Assembly: GCA_934432725.1 (NCBI GenBank)
Contig: CAKRZE010000009.1
Location: 2,425 to 66,424, forward strand
Source: an uncultured Eubacteriales bacterium
GTDB taxonomy: Bacteria; Bacillota; Clostridia; Oscillospirales; CAG-272
Length of the DNA stretch: 64,000 nt
Direction: 5' to 3'
Under the pieces are notes generated by a model. The model saw only the letters and a list, made by a program, of their open reading frames with translations. It was not told where the DNA came from and made no database searches. Each line of letters begins with the position of its first letter. Positions within the stretch are counted from its first letter, which is position 1. Below are positions 9,382-17,800 of this stretch, piece by piece. A program made the translations under genes and the position numbers.

Positions 9382-9530
9382 TTCGTGCCCTTGAAACAGG
9401 GGGGACACGAACCCCCGCCTAAGCCGCTTTTCATAACTATCCTTGCAGAACCGCTCTCGCCTTGTAAAGCGGAGCCGCCGTCGTTCGGCAAAAAGACCGC
9501 AAGGACGACCGAAAGAGCTGTCCTTCGATC

Positions 9531-9752
9531 TTATTCAACCTCAACCATGTCGGCATCCGCCTTGCGGAGTGAAAGCTCATAACCGCGCACGGTCACTTCA
9601 ATCGGGTCGCCCAAAGGAGCTACCTTCCGGACATACACCTCCACGCCGCGGGTCAGTCCCATATCCATGATACGGCGCTTGACCGCTCCCTCTCCGTGGA
9701 GCTTGACGACCTTGTATGTCTCCCCGATCTTTGCAGATTTCAATGTGTTCAT
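9531..9752 (-). CDS. feoA: FeoA-family protein (73 aa)
   Basis: MNTLKSAKIGETYKVVKLHGEGAVKRRIMDMGLTRGVEVYVRKVAPLGDPIEVTVRGYELSLRKADADMVEV is a typical FeoA SH3-like domain. A GGGGGA RBS precedes ATG 9752. Confidence 0.9.
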   Translation of the reverse strand: MNTLKSAKIGETYKVVKLHGEGAVKRRIMDMGLTRGVEVYVRKVAPLGDPIEVTVRGYELSLRKADADMVEVE

Positions 9753-9875
9753 ACCGTAAATCCCCCTTTTCTGTTTTCCGATACTGTGCTTGTGTATGCA
9801 GCCCTGTGCCGGCGCAGACCGCAGCCTTTTCCGCAGGCATCCGCCGTTCATGCAAAGCAAAGGTGTTCTCCACCG

Positions 9876-10088
9876 TCATACCATAATCTTTTTCGCCATT
9901 TCCTCGCTGATCGCAACTCTTGACTCTTTCACATTCACAATCACATTGCCGCCGAGAGAATTGATGATCGTAACGCTTCCGCCAACCACAAATCCAAGAT
10001 TCTCAAGATGCTTTTTGACTTCCGGACTCCCGCCGATTTTTCTGATCGTGTTTTCCTCGCCGATCTCGGCAAAACAAAGTGGAATCAT
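9876..10088 (-). CDS. feoA: FeoA-family protein (70 aa), second paralog
   Basis: MIPLCFAEIGEENTIRKIGGSPEVKKHLENLGFVVGGSVTIINSLGGNVIVNVKESRVAISEEMAKKIMV. GAGG lies 6 nt before ATG 10088; the track ORF starts at a TTG at 10109. Confidence 0.85.
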   Translation of the reverse strand: MIPLCFAEIGEENTIRKIGGSPEVKKHLENLGFVVGGSVTIINSLGGNVIVNVKESRVAISEEMAKKIMV

Positions 10089-10109
10089 AGTTACCTCGTT
10101 TTCCGACAA

Positions 10110-10123
10110 TTAGCAATCGCTAA
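10110..10123. promoter_or_regulatory. Palindrome TTAGCAATCGCTAA, a putative operator next to the feoA RBS
   Basis: Perfect TTAGC-N4-GCTAA between the predicted transcription start and the first feoA. Confidence 0.45.
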
Positions 10124-10142
10124 CCACCGCTCTAAAAATCAA

Positions 10143-10156
10143 TTAGCCTCCGCTAA
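10143..10156. promoter_or_regulatory. Palindrome TTAGCCTCCGCTAA, a putative operator just downstream of the feo -10 box
   Basis: Perfect TTAGC-N4-GCTAA, 10 nt downstream of the -10 hexamer on the minus strand. Confidence 0.45.
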
Positions 10157-10165
10157 CTATGAATT

Positions 10166-10194
10166 ATAATACATGCTTTTACGCCTTCTGTCAA
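10166..10194 (-). promoter_or_regulatory. Putative sigma-A promoter of the feo operon
   Basis: The minus strand reads TTGACA (10194-10189), 17 nt, TATTAT (10171-10166). Confidence 0.55.
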
Positions 10195-10250
10195 GAGATT
10201 TTTTCAAAAAAAATGCCGCATTTTGCACTTTTATCACCCTTGACAAAAAG

Positions 10251-10264
10251 TTAGTCTAAGCTAA
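10251..10264. promoter_or_regulatory. Near-palindrome TTAGTCTAAGCTAA, a putative distal operator
   Basis: TTAGT-N4-GCTAA (one mismatch to the palindrome), about 57 nt upstream of the feo -35 box. Confidence 0.35.
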
Positions 10265-10505
10265 CCGTCAATTAGGATATTTTGACCGATTCCGAAAGCG
10301 GCTGCCCCCTGCCGTCTCCCGTTTCTTCTGCGGGGCTTCCGTTTTCCCGTTCAATTACACCGGACAGTAAGCAAAACGGCATGCGGCAAAACGCTGTCTT
10401 CCTATTTTAATTATTCCATTATATGTGACACAGAGCCGCCTTGCTCCGACCGGGCATATTCCGGACAGAATTCTGCAAATCCTTGCATTTTTTTCAAAAA
10501 GCCTC

Positions 10506-10534
10506 TTGACAATCCGCAAAGACGCGTGTATAAT
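10506..10534 (+). promoter_or_regulatory. Consensus sigma-A promoter for the glutamine synthetase gene
   Basis: TTGACA (10506-10511), 17 nt, TATAAT (10529-10534). Confidence 0.65.
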
Positions 10535-10544
10535 GACATCATTG

Positions 10545-10602
10545 AAACGGCAAAGGCGTCGTGGACAAGAGGGTCCGACTGTCTTTGCCGTTTTTATTTT
10601 TT
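10545..10602 (+). terminator. Terminator-type leader hairpin (putative attenuator) upstream of the glutamine synthetase gene
   Basis: AAACGGCAAAG (10545-10555) pairs with CTTTGCCGTTT (10583-10593). An inner GGAC/GTCC stem is present, and the hairpin is followed by TTTTTATTTTTT. It sits between the promoter and the RBS AAAGGAG. Confidence 0.55.
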
Positions 10603-10622
10603 CAATCAAAGGAGATGCCGTT

Positions 10623-12710
10623 ATGAGCACAGTAGCAGATATTTTCGGATCGCAGGTATTCAACGATGCAGTCATGAAGCAGAGACTGCCAAAAGAAACA
10701 TACAAAGCGCTTCGTCAGGCAAATCAGATCGGAAAGCGTTTGGATATCAATGTGGCAAATGTCGTTGCGAACGCCATGAAGGATTGGGCGATTGAGCACG
10801 GCGCAACACATTATACGCACTGGTTCCAGCCCATGACCGGCATCACCGCCGAAAAGCACGACAGCTTTATTTCCCCGACCGATGACGGACGTGTGATTAT
10901 GGAGTTTTCCGGCAAAGAGCTGATTCAGGGCGAGCCGGACGCGTCCTCCTTCCCGTCCGGCGGATTGCGCGCAACCTTTGAAGCACGCGGCTATACCGCA
11001 TGGGACCCGACGTCCTATGCGTTTATCAAGGACCATGTGCTCTGCATCCCCACCGCATTCTGTTCCTATGGCGGAGAGGCACTGGACAAAAAGACGCCCC
11101 TGCTCCGCTCCATGGAGGCAATCAACAAGCAGGCGCTCCGCGTCCTGAAGCTGTTCGGAAATGAAAATGTGCTGTCCGTCAAGACCACGGTCGGACCGGA
11201 GCAGGAATATTTTCTGATTCCGAAGGAGCTTTACGACCGCAGAAAGGACCTGATCTATACCGGCAGAACGCTGTTCGGCGCAAAGCCGCCGAAGGGGCAG
11301 GAGCTGGAGGATCACTATTTCGGCGTCATCAAGCCCCGGGTTGCCGCATTCATGAAGGACCTGAACGACGAGCTCTGGAAGCTCGGCATTCTGGCAAAGA
11401 CCGAGCACAACGAGGTTGCGCCCGCACAGCATGAGCTTGCACCGATCTTTGCCACAACCAACATTGCCACAGATCACAACCAGCTGACCATGGAACTGAT
11501 GCAGAAGGTCGCAAAAAAGCACGATCTGGTCTGCCTGCTGCACGAAAAGCCCTTTGAAGGCGTCAACGGCTCCGGCAAGCACAACAACTGGTCGATCTCT
11601 ACGGACACCGGCGTAAACCTGCTGAATCCGGGAGAAACCCCCGCAGAAAACGCACAGTTCCTTCTGTTCCTTGCCGCCGTAATCAAGGCGGTGGACGAAT
11701 ACCAGGACCTGCTCCGAATCTCGGTCGCCTCCGCCGGAAATGACCATCGGCTCGGTGCAAACGAGGCACCGCCCGCAGTCGTCTCCATGTTCCTCGGCGA
11801 GGAGCTGAACGAGGTTCTGGAATCCATCAAGAACGATACGCCTTACGGCGCACGGGAGAAGGAGCTGCTCAAGGTCGGCGTACACGTGTTGCCCCGGTTC
11901 CCGAAGGATACCACGGACCGGAACCGCACCTCTCCGTTTGCATTCACCGGAAATAAATTTGAATTCCGTATGCTCGGCTCCTCCGCATCTGTGGCCGATG
12001 CCAACACCGTTCTGAACACCGCGGTGGCAGAGGAGCTCAGGCAGTTCGCCGATATTCTGGAGCCTGCCGCAGATTTCAAGGCTGCGCTGCATGACCTGAT
12101 CCGGGATACGATCAAGGAGCATGACCGCATTATCTTCAACGGAAACGGCTATGACGATGCATGGATCAAAGAGGCGGAGCGCCGCGGTCTGCTCAACCTG
12201 AAAACCACCCCGGACTGCCTGCCCTATCTTCTGAAAGAAAAAAATATCGCACTCTTCACCTCGCACAAGGTCTTCAGCGAAACCGAGCTCCGCTCGCGCT
12301 TTGAGATCATGGAGGAAAGCTATTCCAAGCTGCTCGGCATAGAGGCGCGCACCATGATCGAAATGGCACGCCGGGACATTCTGCCCGCAGTCAGCGCATA
12401 TGCCGCTTCCCTGACCGAAGCCTTCAAGAACAAAAAGGAAATCGGGCTTGGTGCAAAATTTGAAGAGGACGCCGTCCGTGCGCTGTCTGACCGTGCAGAC
12501 GCAGCATATACTGCCCTGAAGGAGCTGGAGGAGGATATGAAGAAAACTGCGGATATCGCGGATTCCTCCGAGCTTTCGATGTACTACAAGGATACCGTCA
12601 TTCCGGTTATGGGAAAGCTGCGTGAGGCGGCAGATGCGCTTGAAACGCTGACCTCCTCCGCTTATTGGCCGTATCCCACCTACGGCGAGCTTCTGTTTGG
12701 CGTCCGCTGA
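10623..12710 (+). CDS. glnN: Glutamine synthetase, type III (695 aa)
   Basis: Length and motifs fit long-form GS: [46 protein letters not shown] 10623 follows AAAGGAG. The track ORF's upstream extension is unsupported. Confidence 0.93.
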   Translation: MSTVADIFGSQVFNDAVMKQRLPKETYKALRQANQIGKRLDINVANVVANAMKDWAIEHGATHYTHWFQPMTGITAEKHDSFISPTDDGRVIMEFSGKELIQGEPDASSFPSGGLRATFEARGYTAWDPTSYAFIKDHVLCIPTAFCSYGGEALDKKTPLLRSMEAINKQALRVLKLFGNENVLSVKTTVGPEQEYFLIPKELYDRRKDLIYTGRTLFGAKPPKGQELEDHYFGVIKPRVAAFMKDLNDELWKLGILAKTEHNEVAPAQHELAPIFATTNIATDHNQLTMELMQKVAKKHDLVCLLHEKPFEGVNGSGKHNNWSISTDTGVNLLNPGETPAENAQFLLFLAAVIKAVDEYQDLLRISVASAGNDHRLGANEAPPAVVSMFLGEELNEVLESIKNDTPYGAREKELLKVGVHVLPRFPKDTTDRNRTSPFAFTGNKFEFRMLGSSASVADANTVLNTAVAEELRQFADILEPAADFKAALHDLIRDTIKEHDRIIFNGNGYDDAWIKEAERRGLLNLKTTPDCLPYLLKEKNIALFTSHKVFSETELRSRFEIMEESYSKLLGIEARTMIEMARRDILPAVSAYAASLTEAFKNKKEIGLGAKFEEDAVRALSDRADAAYTALKELEEDMKKTADIADSSELSMYYKDTVIPVMGKLREAADALETLTSSAYWPYPTYGELLFGVR

Positions 12711-13025
12711 ACCGCAAGGCGCAGGGGAATCTCGCGTTCCCCGTCTGAAAGCCGGCTTTTCATGCGTCAAATCCGGGTTGTCCTGCACCGCAGTCCTGGG
12801 CCATGCCAAAAGACCTTTATGGGGTTGTCACAAAATACGGAGCATCCGTTTTGCGGCAGCCCCGTATTTGCCACCTTTTCGGGTGACGTCCGCACCGACA
12901 CCGTCCTCTGCCTGCAAACCGGATCCGGCAATTGCAAAGCCTGCCACTGCCCTGCCGGAGCCCGCATGCTGCTTTTTCCGGGCAGTGCACCCCATTACTT
13001 TTTCAGAACAAGAGGATATCGCATT

Positions 13026-14612
13026 ATGTGTTCAATTATGACCTATGCGGGAACACTGCTTTCTCCCGCAGAATTCAAAGAAGGCTTTGACCGGACGGTT
13101 TCACGCGGTCCGGATATGTCAAGAATCATCGATACGGGCGCAGGGCTGATGGGCTTCCACCGTCTTGCCATCATGGACCTCAACGAAAGCGGCATGCAGC
13201 CCTTCTCATTGAACGGAAGCTATGCGGTCTGCAACGGAGAGCTGTACGGCTTCCGCGCCATGCGGGACAAGCTGAAGCGGGAGGGATACACCTTCCAAAG
13301 CGACTCCGACTGTGAAATCATCCTTCCGCTCTACCGCGAATACGGCACGCAGATGTTTTCCATGCTGGACGCGGAATTTGCCATGGTAATCTGGGATGCG
13401 GAAAAGCGCAGGTTTATCGCAGCCCGCGATCCGATCGGAATCCGCCCGCTGTTTTATGCCTTTGACAGGGAAGGAAGCATTCTTTTTGCATCGGAAGCCA
13501 AAAACCTGATCGGACTTTCGGACAAGATCATGCCCTTCCCGCCGGGCTGCTATTGGGAAGACGGACGTTTTGTCCGATACGCAGACATGACGGCGGTTCC
13601 CGCCTTCCGGACAGGGAGTCTGGACCTGATCTGCGGAGAGATCCGTCACAGGCTGACTGCCGGCATAGAAAAGCGGCTGGATGCCGATGCACCGCTCGGC
13701 TTTCTGCTCAGCGGCGGCTTGGATTCTTCCCTTGTGTGTGCGGTGGCATCGCGGATTCTCGGTCCGGGAAAGCGGCTTAGAACCTTTGCCATCGGCATGT
13801 CGGAGGACGCCATCGATCTGAAATATGCCCGTCAGGTTGCCGATTATATTCACGCCGATCACACAGAGGTCATCATGACGCCGCAGGACGTAATCGATGC
13901 GCTCCCGACCGTTGTCTCCATTCTCGGAACCTATGATATCACGACCATCCGCGCTTCTGTCGGAATGTATCTGGTCTGCAAATATATCCACGAGCATACC
14001 GACATCCGCGTGCTGCTTACCGGAGAAATCTCGGATGAGCTGTTCGGTTATAAATACACAGACTTTGCCCCGGACGATATGGCGTTTCAGCGGGAAGCGG
14101 AAAAGCGCGTGCGGGAGCTTTATATGTATGATGTCCTGCGTGCCGACCGCTGCATTTCGGCAAACTCCTTGGAGGCCCGCGTTCCGTTCGGCGATCTGGA
14201 TTTTGTCCGCTATGTCATGAGCATTGACCCCGCCATAAAGCAGAACATCTACCACAAGGGAAAATATCTGCTCCGGAGAGCCTTTGCGGGGGATTATCTC
14301 CCGGAATCGATTCTGAACCGTGAAAAAGCAGCCTTCAGCGATGCCGTCGGACACTCCATGGTCGATGACCTGAAGGAGCTGGCAGAAAAGACCTATACAG
14401 ACGAAGCGTTCCGGAAGGGCTGTGAAAAATACAGCTTTGCCCCTCCCTTCACCAAGGAGTCGCTTCTCTACCGCGATCTGTTTGAAACGTATTATCCCGG
14501 ACAGGCTGAAATGATCTCCGGATTCTGGATGCCGAACCAAAGCTGGGACGGCTGCAAGGTAAACGACCCGTCCGCGCGCGTGCTGTCAAACTACGGAGAC
14601 TCCGGCATTTAA
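13026..14612 (+). CDS. asnB: Asparagine synthase (glutamine-hydrolysing), 528 aa
   Basis: N-terminal Met-Cys (MCSI...) of an Ntn amidotransferase, the HRLAIMD motif, and the PP-loop LLSGGLDSSLV. ATG 13026 is preceded by AAGAGGA. Confidence 0.9.
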   Translation: MCSIMTYAGTLLSPAEFKEGFDRTVSRGPDMSRIIDTGAGLMGFHRLAIMDLNESGMQPFSLNGSYAVCNGELYGFRAMRDKLKREGYTFQSDSDCEIILPLYREYGTQMFSMLDAEFAMVIWDAEKRRFIAARDPIGIRPLFYAFDREGSILFASEAKNLIGLSDKIMPFPPGCYWEDGRFVRYADMTAVPAFRTGSLDLICGEIRHRLTAGIEKRLDADAPLGFLLSGGLDSSLVCAVASRILGPGKRLRTFAIGMSEDAIDLKYARQVADYIHADHTEVIMTPQDVIDALPTVVSILGTYDITTIRASVGMYLVCKYIHEHTDIRVLLTGEISDELFGYKYTDFAPDDMAFQREAEKRVRELYMYDVLRADRCISANSLEARVPFGDLDFVRYVMSIDPAIKQNIYHKGKYLLRRAFAGDYLPESILNREKAAFSDAVGHSMVDDLKELAEKTYTDEAFRKGCEKYSFAPPFTKESLLYRDLFETYYPGQAEMISGFWMPNQSWDGCKVNDPSARVLSNYGDSGI

Positions 14613-14857
14613 GCGGCACCCTGCGCCCCGGGCGCGGAGTCGGGCAAAAATGCCCCCGCATTCCTGCCGCAGCTGCGGAAACAAAGCGGGCAGGTGCCGC
14701 CCGGTCCGAACACCGACGGCTCTGCTCCCTTGGACCGCCAGCCTGCCGGATTCCGGACAAACATGCCGGAATGTCTTTGTCAGATGCACTTTTCCGGACT
14801 GCCGCGTCAAAATGCGGCAGTCCGATCATTCGTCTCTTAACGGAAAGGAATTTCTTT

Positions 14858-17800
14858 ATGCAGTATCAGAAAATCAGCCGACCGCAAAAGGAGTCTGCAC
14901 CGCGCATGCCCGAACGTGTCCTTCCGGAGGTTCCGGATCGCGGGCAGAGCGCTTACACCGGACTTTATGACCCCGCAAGAGAGCACGATGCCTGCGGAAT
15001 CGGCGCGGTGGTCAACATCCGCGGAAACAAAAGCCATCAGGTGCTTGACGATGCACTGCACATTGTGGAAAAGCTGGAGCACCGTGCCGGCAAGGATGCC
15101 TCCGGCGAGACGGGCGACGGCGTGGGCATTTTGCTGCAGATCTCCCATCGGTTTTTCTCCAAAGCGGCGGAAGCCGTCGGCATTGCGCTCGGAGAAGAGG
15201 GAGACTTCGGCGTCGGCATGTTCTTTTTCCCGCCGGACACCCTTGCGCGCATGCAGGCGCAGAAAATGTTTGAACTGATTGCCGAAAAGGAGGGTGTTCC
15301 CTTTCTCGGCTGGCGCGAGGTCCCCGTATGTCCGGAAATCCTCGGCAGCCGCGCCCGCGGCTGCATGCCGCATATCATGCAGTGCTTTCTTGCGCGACCC
15401 GCAAAAACGCCGCGCGGACTTCCCTTTGACCGGAGGCTTTACGTTGTAAGACGGGTATTCGAGCAGTCAAACGACAACACCTATGTGGCATCCCTTTCCT
15501 CCCGGACCGTGGTGTATAAGGGCATGTTTCTGGTTTCCCAGCTGCGGCGCTTTTACCCGGACCTGCAAAGTGAGGACTATGTCAGTGCCATCGCCATGGT
15601 GCATTCCCGCTTTTCCACAAATACCACCCCGAGCTGGGAGCGCGCGCATCCGAACCGTCTGATTCTGCACAACGGCGAAATCAACACCATCCGAGGCAAT
15701 GCGGACCGCATGTTCGCAAGGGAGGAAACCATGTCCTCCCCCATCATGCAGGACGATATGGACAAGATTCTGCCGGTCATCAATATTGCCGGCTCCGATT
15801 CCGCTATGCTGGACAACACTCTGGAGTTTCTGGTCATGAACGGAATCGAGCTGCCCCTTGCCGTCATGATGACAATCCCGGAGGCATGGCGGAATGACCA
15901 GAATATCAGCCGCTCCAAACGCGACCTCTACCATTATTATGCTACCATGATGGAGCCGTGGGACGGTCCTGCCGCTATCTTCTTCTCCGACGGCGTTCTG
16001 GCAGGTGCCGTTCTGGACCGGAACGGGCTTCGCCCTTCCCGGTATTATATCACCGATGAAGGAACGCTGATTCTTTCCTCCGAGGTCGGCGTTCTGGATA
16101 TCGCGCCGGAAAAAATCGTGAAAAAGGCACGTCTGGAGCCCGGAAAAATGCTTTTAATCGATACAGGCGCCGGAAGGATCATATCTGACGAGGAATGCAA
16201 GGAAAGCTATGCAGCACGCAGTCCCTACGGCGAGTGGCTGGACCGCTATCTGGTTCACCTGAGTGATCTTGCGATTCCGAACAAAAAGGTGCCCTCCTGC
16301 ACGCAGAAGGAGCGCGACCGGCTGTATAAGGCATTCGGCTATACCTATGAGGATATCCGCTCTGCGATTATTCCGATGGCAAAAAACAGTACGGAGCAGA
16401 TTGCCTCCATGGGAGCAGATATTCCGCTTGCCGTGCTGTCGGAAGCTCATCCGCCGCTCTTTTGCTATTTCAAGCAGCAGTTTGCACAGGTGACGAACCC
16501 TCCGATCGATTCTCTGCGGGAGGAAATCGTAACAGATACCACGGTTTACGTCGGCAGCGACGGAAATCTTCTTGAGGAGCGTCCGGAAAACTGCACGGTG
16601 CTTGAAATCCGCAATCCGATCCTGACAAGCATCGATCTGCTGAAAATCAAGGAAATGAAGCGCCCCGGCTTCCGTGTAGAGACCGTTTCCCTGCTCTATT
16701 ATAAAAACACCTCCCTTGCAAAGGCAATCGACCGCATGTTTGTCAGCTGCGACCGCGCCTACCGCAGCGGCGCCAATATCATCATCCTGTCGGACCGCGG
16801 CGTCGATGAAAACCATGTCGCCATTCCCTCGCTGCTTGCCGTTTCCGCAATGGAGCAGTATCTGATCCGCACCAAAAAGCGCACGGCAGTTTCCATCATT
16901 CTGGAGAGTGCGGAGCCGCGTGATGTACATCATTTTGCAACGCTGCTCGGGTACGGTGCGCGCGCAGTCAACCCGTATCTCGCGCATGAGTGCATCGAAG
17001 AGGTCATTGCGCGGAACATGCTGGACAAGGACCCCTACACCGCAATCCGGGACTATAACCGCGCTATTCTGAGCGGAATTGTGAAGATTGCAGCCAAAAT
17101 GGGCATCTCCACACTGCAATCCTATCAGTCCGCGCAGATTTTCGAGGCGGTCGGCGTCAGCCGGGAGGTAATCGATCACTATTTCACCAATACCGTCAGC
17201 AAGGTCGGCGGCATCAGCCTGAAGGATATTGAAAACGATGTGGAATGGCGGCACAGCCACGCCTTTGACCCGCTCGGTCTCGGCGTGGACACCACGCTGG
17301 ACTCGGTAGGCAGACATAAGCTCCGCAGCGGGACCGATACGGAGGATCACCTCTACAATCCGGAAACCATCATCGCCCTGCGGGAAGCAACGCAAACCGG
17401 CAGCTACAGCCGCTTTAAGGAATATACCGCCATGGTGGACGATGAAAGACGTCCGCATACGCTGCGCGGACTCCTCGGTCTGCGCTGGGCGGAAAACGGC
17501 GGCATCCCGCCGGAGGAGGTCGAACCGGTCACTGAAATCGTAAAGCGCTTCAAAACGGGCGCCATGTCCTACGGCTCCATTTCACAGGAAGCGCATGAGT
17601 GCATGGCAATCGCCATGAACCGTCTCGGCGGAAAATCAAACTCCGGCGAGGGCGGCGAAATGCCGGAACGGCTCGGCACCGAACGCGGAAGCGCAATCAA
17701 GCAGGTTGCATCCGGAAGATTCGGCGTCACCAGCGAATATCTGGTCAGCGCAAAGGAGATCCAGATCAAAATGGCGCAGGGTGCAAAGCCCGGAGAGGGC

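Noticed and set aside
12724-12742. GGGGAA-tctcgcg-TTCCCC hairpin after glnN as a terminator
   Set aside because: It has only a 6-bp stem and no following T-tract, which is too weak to call.
10602-12809. 735-aa ORF antisense to the glutamine synthetase gene
   Set aside because: Same antisense-frame artefact. The sense strand encodes a complete, motif-bearing type III GS.
14806-14820. The recurrent AATGCGGCA string as a transcription-factor motif. It occurs in the gltB leader, at 10207-10222 in the feo/glnN spacer, and in every Y repeat unit.
   Set aside because: It is a short, GC-rich 9-mer. The occurrences outside the repeat family are too few to distinguish from chance without a genome-wide count.
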